Assembly (NCBI GenBank): GCA_963816965.1
Contig: CAWFMP010000002.1
Location: forward strand, 3,796,313 to 3,860,312
Source: an uncultured delta proteobacterium
GTDB lineage: Bacteria > Myxococcota_A > Polyangia > Palsa-1104
Length of the DNA stretch: 64,000 nucleotides
Direction of reading: 5' to 3'
A program made the translations under genes and the position numbers. Of this stretch, positions 27,679 through 41,151 are shown piece after piece. Position 1 is the first letter of the stretch. Every line of letters starts with the position of its first letter. A model generated the notes under the pieces. That model saw only the letters and a list, made by a program, of their open reading frames with translations. It ran no database searches and was not told the origin of the DNA.

Positions 27679-29238
27679 ATGGATAACGATCTACGCCCAA
27701 TGGCGCCGTCGTCCGAACCCTTGGAGAACACGCCGATGCAGGGCGAACATTTCCCGCGGCCGGGCGCTCCCGGGCTGTCGCGCGCGCAGATCTTCGGGCC
27801 GCTCGCGGGCGCCCTGGTCATCGTCGGCGCGGTCTACGGCTGGTCGCTGCGCACGCCGCGCACGGTGGCGGGCCTGCGCGCGGGCGGGCAGCCGATCGGA
27901 GATGTCGCGTTCGCCACGCTCGACGGCGCCCTCGACAGGGTCGCCGGCGGCTACCTGGACTCGCCCATCGTGCTGGCGTTCGGCAAGGACGAGCGCGTGG
28001 TCAAGCGGCGGGAGCTCGGCTTCGTCGTCGATCGCGCCGCGGCGCGGCAGCTGGTGGAGGCGGCGGGCAAGAGCGGCAATCCGTTCGCGGACGTGGTCGA
28101 GCGCTTCCGGGCGCGGCGCGGCCGGGTCGATCTGGCGCTTCCCGTCGACGTCGATCGGGCCAAGGCGCTCGAGTTTCTCACCGAGCTCAAGGACGACGTC
28201 GATCGGGCGCCCGCGGACGCGCGGCTCGATCTCGAGCACCACACCATCGCCAAGGAGAAGCCGGGGTACCTCCTGCGCGTGTACGAGTCGATGGTCGCCG
28301 TCGAGTATGCGGCGCGCGCGGGCGCTTCGCGCGTCGAGCTCGCCGCCGGGTTGTCGTGGCCCAAGATCAAGAGCGAGGATCTGAAGGACGTCGACATCTC
28401 GACGGTCCTCGGCTATTGGGAGACGCACTACTCGGCGGTGGGGCCCGACACCGATCGCACCTACAACCTCAAGGTCGGCGCCGACAAGCTCAACGGCCAC
28501 ATCCTCAAGCCGCACGAGGTGTTCAGCTTCAACGACGTGGTCGGCGATCGCACCGAGAAGGAGGGCTATCGCGTGGCGCCGGTGATCCAGGGCGGCGAGC
28601 TCATCGACGGCCTGGCCGGCGGCATGTGCCAGATCGCCTCGACGCTGCATGCGGCGGCGTTCTTCGCCGGGCTCGACATCGTGTCGTCGACGCCGCACTC
28701 GCGGCCGAGCGCCTACATCCCGATGGGCCTCGACTCGACCGTGGTCTATCCGTCGACGGATCTGAAGCTGCGCAACCCGTACGACTTCCCCGTCGTCATG
28801 CACTATCAGGTGAACCAGGGCGCCGTGAAGGTGGAGCTGCTCGGCAAGGAGCGGCCCTACCGGGTCGTGTTCGAGCGCGAGATCAAGGCCGAGACCCCGT
28901 TCGGCACCGATACGCGCGCCGACCCCGAGACGCGGTCGGGGCAGCGCTACACCATCCAGGAGGGCTATCCCGGCTATACGCTGATCCGGCGCCGCTACCT
29001 GTTCGAGAAGGCCAAGATGCCGCGCTGGAGCGGGCCGGAGCCGCTCGCCGACCTGTTGGAGAAGCAGCACATAAAGCCGGTGAAGAGGGAGCAGTGGGCG
29101 CTGCACTACCCGGCGACCACGCAGTTCGTCGCGGTCGGGACCGGGCCGGCGTCACTCAAGCTCAAGGTGCCGCCGCCGTCGCACCACATCCCGCCGATCA
29201 ATCCGCACGACAAGCCGATCTTGAAGATCCTGAAGTAG
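27679..29238 (+). CDS. VanW-family protein
   Basis: 519-aa ORF; N-terminal TM; region …GELIDGLAGGMCQIASTLHAAAFFAG… resembles VanW domain core. Confidence 0.6.
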   Translation: MDNDLRPMAPSSEPLENTPMQGEHFPRPGAPGLSRAQIFGPLAGALVIVGAVYGWSLRTPRTVAGLRAGGQPIGDVAFATLDGALDRVAGGYLDSPIVLAFGKDERVVKRRELGFVVDRAAARQLVEAAGKSGNPFADVVERFRARRGRVDLALPVDVDRAKALEFLTELKDDVDRAPADARLDLEHHTIAKEKPGYLLRVYESMVAVEYAARAGASRVELAAGLSWPKIKSEDLKDVDISTVLGYWETHYSAVGPDTDRTYNLKVGADKLNGHILKPHEVFSFNDVVGDRTEKEGYRVAPVIQGGELIDGLAGGMCQIASTLHAAAFFAGLDIVSSTPHSRPSAYIPMGLDSTVVYPSTDLKLRNPYDFPVVMHYQVNQGAVKVELLGKERPYRVVFEREIKAETPFGTDTRADPETRSGQRYTIQEGYPGYTLIRRRYLFEKAKMPRWSGPEPLADLLEKQHIKPVKREQWALHYPATTQFVAVGTGPASLKLKVPPPSHHIPPINPHDKPILKILK

Positions 29239-29243
29239 CCCGC

Positions 29244-29412
29244 TCACGATCCCCCACCGTCGGCGACGGTGCGCGCCTCCCGCACCTCCTTGCGCTCGGC
29301 GGCGGCGACCGCCTCGGCGACGAGCGCCCGAAGCTCGGCGCGGGCGCTCGCTTCGTCTAGCAGGGTGTTGAAGAACTCCGGACCGAGCCGCGCGACGACG
29401 GTGGCCAGCACG
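29244..29412 (-). CDS. Possible small protein (~55 aa) convergent with VanW gene
   Basis: Own translation from GTG: (M)LATVVARLGPEFFNTLLDEASARAELRALVAEAVAAAERKEVREARTVADGGGS*; strong GC3 bias; no RBS check possible. Confidence 0.25.
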
Positions 29413-29467
29413 GCGGCTCGTTCAGTGTACCCAAACTCGGCATGACATGAAGTAAGCTCGTCCTCCG

Positions 29468-32176
29468 ATGATCCGCTTCGCTGCTGCCGTCGCTGTCGTG
29501 TGTGCGGCCGCGGCGGTACACGCGGATCCGAGCTACGACGTCAGCGTGCGCGTCGACGCCGAGGCGCGCCGCCTCACCGGGCACGCGCGGATCGTGGTCC
29601 CCAATGACACCGGGGCGCCGCTGGGCGAGCTGTGGCTGTGGCGTTTTCCCGAGCGCTTCGCGACGCGCTCGCCGGCGCTCAACGACTACAACTTCTACTG
29701 GGTCTATCCCTACCGCTTCAACCCGGGGCACATGCGCACCGGCGCCGTCGTGGTCGATGGGCGCGCCGCGCCGGTCGAGGTGCGCGACGATCCGCACGCC
29801 GGCAAGGGCACGCTGCTCCACGTCGCGCTCGATCCGCCGCTCGCCGCCGGCGCCTCGGCCACCGTCGACGTCGACTTCAGCGTCGAGGTGCCGACGCGCT
29901 ACGGCCCGTTCGGCTGCATCCACGGCAACTGCACGCTCACCGGCTTCTACCCGATGGTGGCCCCGCCCGGCTACGGGCTCGACGCCATGCCCGGCCACGG
30001 CCGCTACCGGCTGAGCGTCGCCGTGCACGACGTCGCCGACGTGGTCGTCAACGGCGAGCTGCGCGCGCTCGGGGGCGGCCACCGCCTCGACTTCGACGTC
30101 GGCAGCGCCAGCGGCCTGACGTTGATGGTGGGCCGCCCGCGGCTGCGACAGTTCGACAAGGTCGTGCGCGGCATCCGTATCGTCTACCTGTCACCGACCG
30201 GGCGCGGGCTTCCCTCACCACCGGAGGTGGTCCTGCCCTATCAGCCGGCCGACCGCGTCGACCGCGTGCTCGACGCCGCCGGCGAGGCCATCGACCTTTT
30301 GGGCGAGCTGGGCGCGCCCCTACCCGCCGGCGAGGAGGTGCGCATCGTCGCCGGCCCCTTGCGCATCCAGCTGACCCAGGCGCTGCCGGGCGGCGTCGTG
30401 TTCGTCTCCGATCAGCTGTTCGACATCTTCCCGCTGCAGCGCTTCCTCAAGTTTCACGAGTTCGAGCTGGCGCGCGCCATCTACAAGAGCTGGATCGGGC
30501 GCCGCACGCTCGCCGCCGAGCGCCCGGACGACTTCGGCTGGGCGCCCGGCGCCGGCGCGTCCTACCTGGTCGACCTGTACACCCTGCGCTCGTATCGCAA
30601 GACCGAGTTCGCGCGCGAGATCCTGGCCTGGGCCAGCTTCATCCCGGCGATCGATCGTGTGATGTACGCGCCGCAGGTGCCGTTCGCCTCCTCGTACTTC
30701 TACACGCTCGAGGATCCCGATCCGCTGCGCGACAACCTGGCACAGTTCAACAACACCCGCCCGACGGGAAAGACCCTCTACACCAAGCTGCGCGATCTTC
30801 TGGGCACGCCGGCCGTCGATCTGCTCACCAGGGCGCAGCTGGGCGGCGCGGCGCTGCGCCCGCGCGCCGAGAAGCTGCGTGGCGGGTCGCTCGACTGGTT
30901 CTGGGCCGAGTGGCTCGGTCCGTATCCGAAGGTCGACTATCGCTTCGCCGACGTGCGGTCGGAGCGCCTCGGCAAGCACGCCTATCGGCACATCGCGCGC
31001 GTCATCAAGCTCGGCGAGCATCCGCCGGTCGAGCCGGTGGAGGTGCGCGCGGTCGATCGCAAGGGCACCGTGGCCGACCAGACCTGGGACGGCGTCGGCC
31101 GCGAGCACACCTACGTGTTCGACATGCCGGCGCCACTGTCGGTGATCGAGATCGACCCGCGCGGCCGGCTGGTCGAGGATCTTCCCGGCTCCAGCGACGA
31201 TCTGAAGTTCGACGACCGCCGCCCGCCGCGCTGGAAGTTCATCTACAACAACTTCGGGGGCCTGCTCCGCTTCTTCCCGACGCTGGGGATCGATCTCTCG
31301 CTCGACTTCTCGCTCTCGCGCATCCTCGACCTGCACCACGGTCTGCGCTTCGTCGTCTATCGCTCGGAGTCGACGCAGGTCGGCATCACCAGCTCGTACT
31401 CGTACGGCTTCGGCAGCAAGATCACCGCCGCGCGTCTCAGCTCCGCCTTCGGCGTGTCGCTCGGGGTGGCGCGCATAGATCCGTCCTTCGGCCAGGCGGT
31501 CGGCGCCGGCGCCAATCCGGGCACGCTTCTGACCGCGTCGGCGAGCTGGGGCTACGACGATCGCCTCTTCGTGTGGGAGCCGCTCAAGGCGCTGTCGCTC
31601 GGCGCCGCGCTCGCCGCCGACGAGACGGTGCTCGACAACGGCAGCGTCCTGTCCCAGGGCGTGGGCTCGCTCGGTTGGGAGTCGATCATCCCGCTCGCAG
31701 ACGGCCAGGGCCTGGCGATGTCGTTCGGCGCCGCCATCACCTTCGGCGATCTCAAGATCGCGCGGCAGATGCTGTCGGCCGGCGGCGGCGGCGGGCTGCG
31801 CGGCTACGACGTCGAGTCGCTGCTCGGGCGCTGGCGCGCGCTCGGCCGCGTCGAGTGGCGGCACGTCTTCACGCACGAGCTCGACTTCAACCTGCTGCAC
31901 TCGCTCTACCTGCGCGGCATCGGCGGCGGGCTCTTCGCCGAGGCCGGCGTCGTCAGCCCCTGCGAGTCGTACGCCCCCGATTCGAAGTCGGCGGCCGTCG
32001 ACGTCGGCTACAGCGTGCGCCTGTTCGCCGACTGGTTCGGCGTCTCGCAGACCACGATCAACCTCGACTTCGCGGTGCCGTTGGTGCAGCAGGACCGCAG
32101 CTGCTTCGGCGAGCTGGCGTCGGCGGCGAGCCGCGTCCCCTTCGGCTTCTTCTTCAGCTTCGGCCCGCCCTGGTGA
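29468..32176 (+). CDS. Large secreted protein with C-terminal Omp85/surface-antigen-like beta-barrel region
   Basis: 902-aa ORF; N-terminal signal peptide; C-terminal region with GGGGGLRGY (VRGY/F-like L6 motif) and aromatic terminal …FFFSFGPPW. Confidence 0.5.
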   Translation: MIRFAAAVAVVCAAAAVHADPSYDVSVRVDAEARRLTGHARIVVPNDTGAPLGELWLWRFPERFATRSPALNDYNFYWVYPYRFNPGHMRTGAVVVDGRAAPVEVRDDPHAGKGTLLHVALDPPLAAGASATVDVDFSVEVPTRYGPFGCIHGNCTLTGFYPMVAPPGYGLDAMPGHGRYRLSVAVHDVADVVVNGELRALGGGHRLDFDVGSASGLTLMVGRPRLRQFDKVVRGIRIVYLSPTGRGLPSPPEVVLPYQPADRVDRVLDAAGEAIDLLGELGAPLPAGEEVRIVAGPLRIQLTQALPGGVVFVSDQLFDIFPLQRFLKFHEFELARAIYKSWIGRRTLAAERPDDFGWAPGAGASYLVDLYTLRSYRKTEFAREILAWASFIPAIDRVMYAPQVPFASSYFYTLEDPDPLRDNLAQFNNTRPTGKTLYTKLRDLLGTPAVDLLTRAQLGGAALRPRAEKLRGGSLDWFWAEWLGPYPKVDYRFADVRSERLGKHAYRHIARVIKLGEHPPVEPVEVRAVDRKGTVADQTWDGVGREHTYVFDMPAPLSVIEIDPRGRLVEDLPGSSDDLKFDDRRPPRWKFIYNNFGGLLRFFPTLGIDLSLDFSLSRILDLHHGLRFVVYRSESTQVGITSSYSYGFGSKITAARLSSAFGVSLGVARIDPSFGQAVGAGANPGTLLTASASWGYDDRLFVWEPLKALSLGAALAADETVLDNGSVLSQGVGSLGWESIIPLADGQGLAMSFGAAITFGDLKIARQMLSAGGGGGLRGYDVESLLGRWRALGRVEWRHVFTHELDFNLLHSLYLRGIGGGLFAEAGVVSPCESYAPDSKSAAVDVGYSVRLFADWFGVSQTTINLDFAVPLVQQDRSCFGELASAASRVPFGFFFSFGPPW

Positions 32177-32212
32177 GCGACAGTTGCAACGACCCATGAT
32201 ATCGTCGGCGCG

Positions 32213-32722
32213 ATGAGCGCTATCGGCCCGGCGCAGGCACTGCGCCTCCTCGCGGAGCTCGTGGAGCTCGACCGTCAGATTCGCACCAAACGACAGCCGC
32301 TCTCGCTGGGGCAGAAGCAGCGGCGCGCGCAGATCGCTCAGGATCTGCACCGCTTCGCGCTGGCGCGCCAGCGTGCCGGCTGGAGCGGCGGCGGCGATCT
32401 GCGCCGCGACCCGCGCGCCAACGTCAAGCTGCGCGTGCAGCTGGTCGGCGGGCCGCGCCCGCTCGAGCTGCAGTCGGATTCGCTCGCCGTCGGCGGTATG
32501 AGCCTGACCCTGACGTTCGCCCCGCGCGTGGGCGATCGCCTGCACCTGCGCCTGGTGCCGCAGCAGCCGGACGAACCCTTCGACGTCGAGGGCGAGGTGG
32601 TGTGGTTCAACGCCGCGCGGCAGCGCGCCGGCGTGCAGTTCTACGGCCTCGACGAGGCGCAGCGCCAGCTGCTCGAGCGCCTGATCTTCGCCGATCTGGT
32701 CGGTAGCGGCGGGGTGGGCTGA
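32213..32722 (+). CDS. PilZ-domain protein (c-di-GMP binding)
   Basis: QKQRRAQIAQDLHR / RRDPRANV (RxxxR-like) followed by DSLAVGGMSLT (DxSxGG). Confidence 0.6.
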   Translation: MSAIGPAQALRLLAELVELDRQIRTKRQPLSLGQKQRRAQIAQDLHRFALARQRAGWSGGGDLRRDPRANVKLRVQLVGGPRPLELQSDSLAVGGMSLTLTFAPRVGDRLHLRLVPQQPDEPFDVEGEVVWFNAARQRAGVQFYGLDEAQRQLLERLIFADLVGSGGVG

Positions 32723-32729
32723 GCGCGGA

Positions 32730-34211
32730 TCAGAAGTCGTTCGGCGGCGTCAGGCAGGTCATGCCCGTGGGGAAGTCGGGGCAGGCGGCGGGCTCGGCGC
32801 CGATGCCGGCGCGCGCCGCGATCCACTGATTGACGTAGTCGGGGTCGCTGCCGCGGATCAGGTTGCGGTGGTCGGTGGGGGCGTCGTAGCAGTACTGGAT
32901 CATCGTGGTCGCGCCGGCCGCCGAGAGCTCGCTGGTGAACCGCTCGCGCGCGCACTCGGCCCATCCCGGCTTCACGTAGCTGTCCATGCCGCCGTACCAG
33001 ATGAGGATGGGCGCGCTCATGTCGTCGATCACGGGGCGATCTTCCTTCCAGCGCGACAGCCACAGGGGCGCGTCGCCTGCCGGCGTCGACGGCGCCTGGG
33101 TGCAGTCGGAGCCGATGGCGGCGGCGGCGCAGCTCAGGCCGACGTTGTTGACGTAGTCGGCGTCGAAGAAGTCGCCCGGTGTGGCGCCGAGCGCGGTCAG
33201 CTTCGCCATGTCGTAGCAATCGCCGCCGACCATCGTGTCCAGGGCCGCCTGCTGCTTGGCGGTCTGAAACACGGCCAGGCCCCCGCCGGAGTCGCCGCGC
33301 AGCGCGCCCGCGGAGTAGGCGTACTCCATCGCGTACAGGACGGAGGAGGAGTCGTTCGCGGTCGTGAGCATGCCGGCGCTGGTCACGGCGGCGGCCCACA
33401 ACGCCATCGACGTCCACAGGGGCGCGAACACCGCGACGCCGGTGAGCGTGCCCTTCATGCCGTAGGCCTTGGCGTACGACTGCGCCGACAGGGTCGCGTG
33501 CCCGCCGAGCGAGTGGCCAACGAGGACCACCTTGTCCGGCGGCGACGTCAACAGGTTCGCCGCGGCGCGCGTGGCGTCGAGCACCGCGTGCGCCTCGTCC
33601 TCGGCGTTGAAGAAGCCTGGTGTCTGGCCGTACGAGAAGCCCGAGTAGTCGGGGGCGATCACGGTGTAGCCGTAGCCGGCGAGCTTGTAGAGGCTGACCG
33701 GATAGTCCTGATCCTGCATCGGGCCCGACAGGTCGAGGTGCGACGGTGCGCACTTGGGCGCGATGCCGACCGATCCGTGCGAGAAGACCACCAGCGGCGC
33801 GCCCGGCAGCGGCTTCTCGGGGATGAGGAGGAACGCGGCGGTGTCACCCTCGACGGGCGTGCCGCCGCCGGTGGGCGTGTTGCGCAGCGTGCGATAGGCG
33901 ACGCGATAGCTCCAGAAGCCGGAGGTCACGTTCGCCGCGGTGCTGTTGTAGGAGGCCAGCTCGGCGTTGACCTTCGACGAGGTCAGCGACTCGGTCACCG
34001 CGCAGTGGAAGACGTCGCCGCGATGGGTCATGTCCATCGCCGGCAAGCCCGTCGGCAGCGTGTAGACGTCGGAGGCCTGGTCGGTGCAGGAGACGGCGAG
34101 CGCCGGCGCCGGACCGAGGGTCTCCATAGCCATGTCGGGGGGGGTGGTGGTGGTGCCGTTTCCGCAGCCGCAGACGAGCAGGGGGCCCAGGGCAAAGATA
34201 AGGAATTTCAT
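32730..34211 (-). CDS. Secreted alpha/beta-hydrolase lipoprotein (secretory lipase-like)
   Basis: [17 protein letters not shown] lipobox; nucleophile elbow GHSLGG. Confidence 0.6.
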   Translation of the reverse strand: MKFLIFALGPLLVCGCGNGTTTTPPDMAMETLGPAPALAVSCTDQASDVYTLPTGLPAMDMTHRGDVFHCAVTESLTSSKVNAELASYNSTAANVTSGFWSYRVAYRTLRNTPTGGGTPVEGDTAAFLLIPEKPLPGAPLVVFSHGSVGIAPKCAPSHLDLSGPMQDQDYPVSLYKLAGYGYTVIAPDYSGFSYGQTPGFFNAEDEAHAVLDATRAAANLLTSPPDKVVLVGHSLGGHATLSAQSYAKAYGMKGTLTGVAVFAPLWTSMALWAAAVTSAGMLTTANDSSSVLYAMEYAYSAGALRGDSGGGLAVFQTAKQQAALDTMVGGDCYDMAKLTALGATPGDFFDADYVNNVGLSCAAAAIGSDCTQAPSTPAGDAPLWLSRWKEDRPVIDDMSAPILIWYGGMDSYVKPGWAECARERFTSELSAAGATTMIQYCYDAPTDHRNLIRGSDPDYVNQWIAARAGIGAEPAACPDFPTGMTCLTPPNDF

Positions 34212-34223
34212 TCCATGATTTTA

Positions 34224-35524
<1,301 letters not shown>

Positions 35525-35592
35525 GCCGCGTGAAGTAGCACGGCTCTTGCGGACAGTACAGTCGCGCTCGGCCATGCTATACCCGAACGCCC

Positions 35593-38109
35593 ATGTCCGA
35601 CGAGAGAGAGGAAGACAAGTACGATCCGCGCACCATCGAGCCCCGGTGGCAGGAGACGTGGAAGCGCGCGGGCGTATTCTCCGCCGTGCGCGATCCGGCG
35701 AAGAAGAAGTACTTCATCATGGAGATGTTCCCCTATCCGTCGGGGCGGCTGCACATGGGGCACGTGCGCAACTACACCATCGGGGACGTGGTGGCGCGCG
35801 CGCATCGCATGCGCGGCGAAGCGGTCTTGTACCCGATGGGCTGGGACGCGTTCGGCCTGCCGGCGGAGAACGCGGCCATCAAGGCCAAGGTGCACCCGCG
35901 CACCTGGACGCTGCAGAACATCGGCCACATGCGCGAGCAGTTCCTGCTCCTCGGCCTCAGCTACGACTGGGATCGCGAGGTCACCACCTGCGAGCCCGAG
36001 TTTTTCGTGCACGAGCAGCGCATCTTCATCGAGATGTGGAAGCGCGGCCTGGCCTATCGCAAGGCGGCGCTGGTCAACTGGTGCCCCGTCGATCAGACGG
36101 TGCTGGCCAACGAGCAGGTCGAGGACGGGCTGTGCTGGCGCTGCCGTTCGGTGGTGCAGCAGCGCGAGCTCGAGCAGTGGTTCTTGAAGGTGACCGCCTA
36201 CGCCGACGAGCTGCTCGCCGACGCCGAGCGCCTGCTCGCGGGCAAGTGGGCGGACAAGGTCCTGCGCATGCAGGAGAACTGGATCGGCCGCTCCGAAGGG
36301 GCGAAGATCCGCTTCCCGCTCGTCGGGGACGACGCCGGCATCGACGTCTTCACCACGCGTCCGGACACGCTGTACGGCGTCACCTTCATGTCCATCGCGG
36401 CCGAGCATCCGCTGGTGGCGCGCGCCGGCGAGGAGGCCAGGCGGTTCGCCGCCGAGGTGGCCAAAGAGGACAAGATCAAGCGCTCGGCCGAGGACTACGA
36501 GAAGCGCGGCGTCGACACCGGGCTGCGCTGCCGGCATCCCTTGACCGGCGCCGAGCTGCCGGTGTTCGTCGCCAACTTCGTGCTCATGGACTACGGAACC
36601 GGCGCGGTCATGGCGGTGCCGGCGCACGATCAGCGCGACTTCGAGTTCGCCACCAGGTACGGGTTGGATAAGCGAATCGTGATTCAGCCCGAAGGCGAGA
36701 CTCTCGACGCAGCGACGATGACCGGGGCCTACACCGGCGCCGGTCGGTTGGTCAATTCGGGCGAGTTCGACGGATTGGACAACGAAACCGCGAAGGCGAA
36801 GATCACGGCCAAGGCCGGCGAGGCGACGGTCACCTATCGCCTGCGCGATTGGCTGCTGTCGCGGCAGCGCTACTGGGGCACCCCGATCCCGATGGTCCAC
36901 TGCCCGACCCACGGCTACCAGCCGGTGCCCGCGGCCGAGCTGCCGGTACGCCTGCCCGACGACGTAGTGCTGGCCGAGGGCGCCCGCTCGCCGCTGGCCG
37001 CGCACCCGACGTGGAAGCAGACCACCTGCCCGGAGTGCGGCGGGCCGGCGGTGCGCGAGACCGACACCATGGACGGCTTCATGGAGTCGTCGTGGTACGA
37101 GCTGCGCTACTGCTCGCCGCACACCGCCAATTGGCTCGACCAGGACGAGCTCGGCTACTGGATGAACGTCGACCAGTACATCGGCGGCGTCGAGCACGCG
37201 ACCAAGCACCTCATCTACGCCCGCTTCTTCACCAAGATGCTGCGCGATTGGGGCTGGATTCCCAAGCGCATCGACGAGCCGTTCGCGCGCCTGCTCAACC
37301 AGGGCATGGTGGTCAAGGAGACCTATCGCTGCCCCGAGCACGACTACCTCTACCCGGAGGAGGTCAAGGACGGCGCCTGCGTGCACTGCGGCAAGCCGGT
37401 CACCGTCGGGCGCACCGAGAAGATGTCCAAGTCGCTCAAGAACGTCGTCGAGCCGATGGCGCTCATCGAGAAGTACGGCGCCGACACGGTGCGCATCTTC
37501 TCGCTGTTCGCGGCGCCGCCCGACTCGTTGCTGGAGTGGTCGGACGCGGGCGTCGAGGGCGCCTGGCGCTTTGTGAACCGCGTCTATCGCATGGTCGGCA
37601 AGCACCTGGCGGCGGGGTTCGCCGCCCAGGCGTCGCCCGAGCTCAAGCAGAAGACGCACGCCACCATCAAGCGCGTCACCGACGACGTCGAGGGCTTCAA
37701 GTTCAACACGGCGATCGCCGCGATCATGGAGCTGGTGAACGTGATCTACTCGGCGGCGGCCGTCGATCGCGAGGCGGTGGAGTCGGTGGTGCGACTGTTG
37801 GCGCCGATGGCGCCGCACCTGTGCGAGGAGCTGTGGCGGCGGCTCGGTCACGACGAGTCACAGATGCTGGTGACCCATCCCTGGCCTACGTTCGACCCCG
37901 AGGCGGCGGCGCACAAGCGCGTCGCCTATCCGGTGCAGGTCAACGGCAAGCTGCGCGGACAGCTCGAGGCCGAGCCCGACGCGGGGCGCGACACCGTCGA
38001 GTCGCGGGCGCGGGCGCTCGATTCGGTCAAGCCGTGGCTCGACGGCAAGGAGATCGTCAAGGTGGTGTTCGTGCCGGGGCGGCTCATCAATTTCGTCGTC
38101 CGGGCGTGA
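35593..38109 (+). CDS. leuS: Leucyl-tRNA synthetase
   Basis: 838-aa intact ORF; HMGH (class I), editing domain, KMSKS. Confidence 0.95.
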   Translation: MSDEREEDKYDPRTIEPRWQETWKRAGVFSAVRDPAKKKYFIMEMFPYPSGRLHMGHVRNYTIGDVVARAHRMRGEAVLYPMGWDAFGLPAENAAIKAKVHPRTWTLQNIGHMREQFLLLGLSYDWDREVTTCEPEFFVHEQRIFIEMWKRGLAYRKAALVNWCPVDQTVLANEQVEDGLCWRCRSVVQQRELEQWFLKVTAYADELLADAERLLAGKWADKVLRMQENWIGRSEGAKIRFPLVGDDAGIDVFTTRPDTLYGVTFMSIAAEHPLVARAGEEARRFAAEVAKEDKIKRSAEDYEKRGVDTGLRCRHPLTGAELPVFVANFVLMDYGTGAVMAVPAHDQRDFEFATRYGLDKRIVIQPEGETLDAATMTGAYTGAGRLVNSGEFDGLDNETAKAKITAKAGEATVTYRLRDWLLSRQRYWGTPIPMVHCPTHGYQPVPAAELPVRLPDDVVLAEGARSPLAAHPTWKQTTCPECGGPAVRETDTMDGFMESSWYELRYCSPHTANWLDQDELGYWMNVDQYIGGVEHATKHLIYARFFTKMLRDWGWIPKRIDEPFARLLNQGMVVKETYRCPEHDYLYPEEVKDGACVHCGKPVTVGRTEKMSKSLKNVVEPMALIEKYGADTVRIFSLFAAPPDSLLEWSDAGVEGAWRFVNRVYRMVGKHLAAGFAAQASPELKQKTHATIKRVTDDVEGFKFNTAIAAIMELVNVIYSAAAVDREAVESVVRLLAPMAPHLCEELWRRLGHDESQMLVTHPWPTFDPEAAAHKRVAYPVQVNGKLRGQLEAEPDAGRDTVESRARALDSVKPWLDGKEIVKVVFVPGRLINFVVRA

Positions 38110-38140
38110 ATAGGGCAGGGGGCGGTCCGTCGCAGGCGCC

Positions 38141-38815
38141 ATGAGGCGCCTTTTCGGCCTTCTGCCGCTGCTCGCGGTCGGCTGCGGCACGCCCGGGTAC
38201 GCGGTCGTCAACGGCAAGCGGGTCGAGCGGCCGACGCTGGCGTACGACAACGGTCAGACCTTCCACCTCGAGCATCGCCGCGCCTATCCCGGCGTCTTCG
38301 ATCCGGCGCGCGGCCGCGACGTCGACGACGGCTCGCTGCGCGGGCGCATCTGCGGCGTCGACGTCGAGTTCGATGCTTCGTGGTACGGCGCACGGCTGCA
38401 GCTCGACGGGCGCGCAGACGTGCCGTGGAAGCAGGACTTCACGCACACCGAAGGGATCTTCCGCCTCGAGCTCGAGGTGACGGAGCTCGGCCCGGGACAC
38501 CGGCGCATCCGCAGCGTCGGCCAAGGCATCGATCTCGACGTCAGCCCCGAGCGGATGGACGCGTGGATTGGCCGCCGCCACTTCTTGCTCACGCCCGACG
38601 GCGGGTACCTCGCGGGGCGCTATCAGCGAACGGGCGACGTGCTCGTGCCCATCGACGATCCGTTCGCCATCTGGGGGCGGGAAGCGCTGGCCACGATGGT
38701 GCCGGCCGACGAGGCGCTCCTGTTGGTGCTGATGCTGACGTGCGACGGAACGATCGACTACGACGGCGCCAAGGTGCGCGGCTTTACGCTGGTGCCGGTG
38801 CGGCCGCGTTCTTGA
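38141..38815 (+). CDS. Hypothetical lipoprotein
   Basis: MRRLFGLLPLLAVGCG lipobox; 224 aa. Confidence 0.55.
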   Translation: MRRLFGLLPLLAVGCGTPGYAVVNGKRVERPTLAYDNGQTFHLEHRRAYPGVFDPARGRDVDDGSLRGRICGVDVEFDASWYGARLQLDGRADVPWKQDFTHTEGIFRLELEVTELGPGHRRIRSVGQGIDLDVSPERMDAWIGRRHFLLTPDGGYLAGRYQRTGDVLVPIDDPFAIWGREALATMVPADEALLLVLMLTCDGTIDYDGAKVRGFTLVPVRPRS

Positions 38816-38827
38816 CTTGACCTGAAC

Positions 38828-39935
38828 GTGCGTTCAGCTTATATCGAGAGCGTGGCGCTGCGTCCGGTCTCGAACCCGCCGAACCCGTGGCTCTCGTCGG
38901 AGGTCGCGTACTTGCCGGAGGAGATGCCCGAGGCGCGCCTCGAGATCTTCGAGGACCACACGCGCTCGATCCTGGCGAGCAACGACAGCCCCGACGTCGG
39001 CTTCGACTACAGCGTCAATCCGTACCGCGGCTGCCAGCACGCCTGCGCCTACTGCTACGCCCGCCCCGGGCACGAGTATCTGAGCTTCGGCGCCGGCACC
39101 GACTTCGATCGCAAGATCGTCGTCAAGCCGCGCGCGCCCGAGCTCTTGCGCGAGGCGTTCGAGAAGCGGTCATGGAAGGGCGACCTCGTGGTGTTCAGCG
39201 GCGTCACCGACTGCTATCAGCCGCTCGAGGCGTCGTATCGGCTGACGCGCCGCTGCCTCGAGGTGTGCGCCGAGTATCGCAACCCGGTCGGCATCATCAC
39301 CAAGGCGCCGCTCATCGAGCGCGACCTCGACGTGCTCTCGCGGCTGGCGCAGGTGGCGCGCGTGGGTGTCAGCGTGTCGGTGCCGCTGTGGGATCCCGAC
39401 AAGGCGCGCGCGATCGAGCCGTTCGTGGCCACACCGCAGCGGCGGATCAAGACGATCGCGCGGCTGGCCGCGGCCGGCCTCGACGTCGGGGTCAACGTCG
39501 CGCCGGTGATCCCCGGGCTTGGCGACGAGGACATCGCCGAGATCCTGACCGCGGCGGCGGCAGCGGGGGCGCGACGGGCGGGCTTCGTCTTTCTGCGGCT
39601 GCCGGGCCCGGTGGCAACGGTGTTCGACGAGCGGGTCGCGCGCAGCGCTGCCGCTGCGCGCCGAGCGGATCCTGTCGCGCGTGCGCGAGGCGCGCGGCGG
39701 CAAGCTCAACGATGCGCGCTGGGGCAGCCGCATGGAGGGTCAGGGGCCCTACGCCGACGCTGCGCGGGCGCTGTTCGAGCGCACCTGCAAGAAGCTCGGC
39801 CTGGCCCACGGCGAGAGGCGAACGGCGGGCGATGGCAACGGCGGCGGCGACGGCGACGGCGACAGCGACGGCGACGCGCAGGTCGAGGAGCCGTCGACGT
39901 TCGCGCGGCCGCCGAAGGCGGGAGATCAGCTGAAG

Positions 39936-39944
<9 letters not shown>
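38828..39944 (+). CDS. Radical SAM protein (DNA-repair/SPL-like family), one frameshift near 39650
   Basis: CQHACAYCY (CxxxCxxC) motif; C-terminal ~87 aa continue in track ORF 39681..39944 after a single frame change at …ERVA/ALPLRAERIL. Confidence 0.6.

Positions 39945-41140
<1,196 letters not shown>

Positions 41141-41151
<11 letters not shown>

Noticed and set aside
29357-30082. 241-aa minus ORF overlapping start of 29468..32176
   Set aside because: Antisense to a well-supported plus-strand gene, with no independent features. A different, shorter convergent ORF (29244..29412) with good GC3 bias is reported at low confidence instead.
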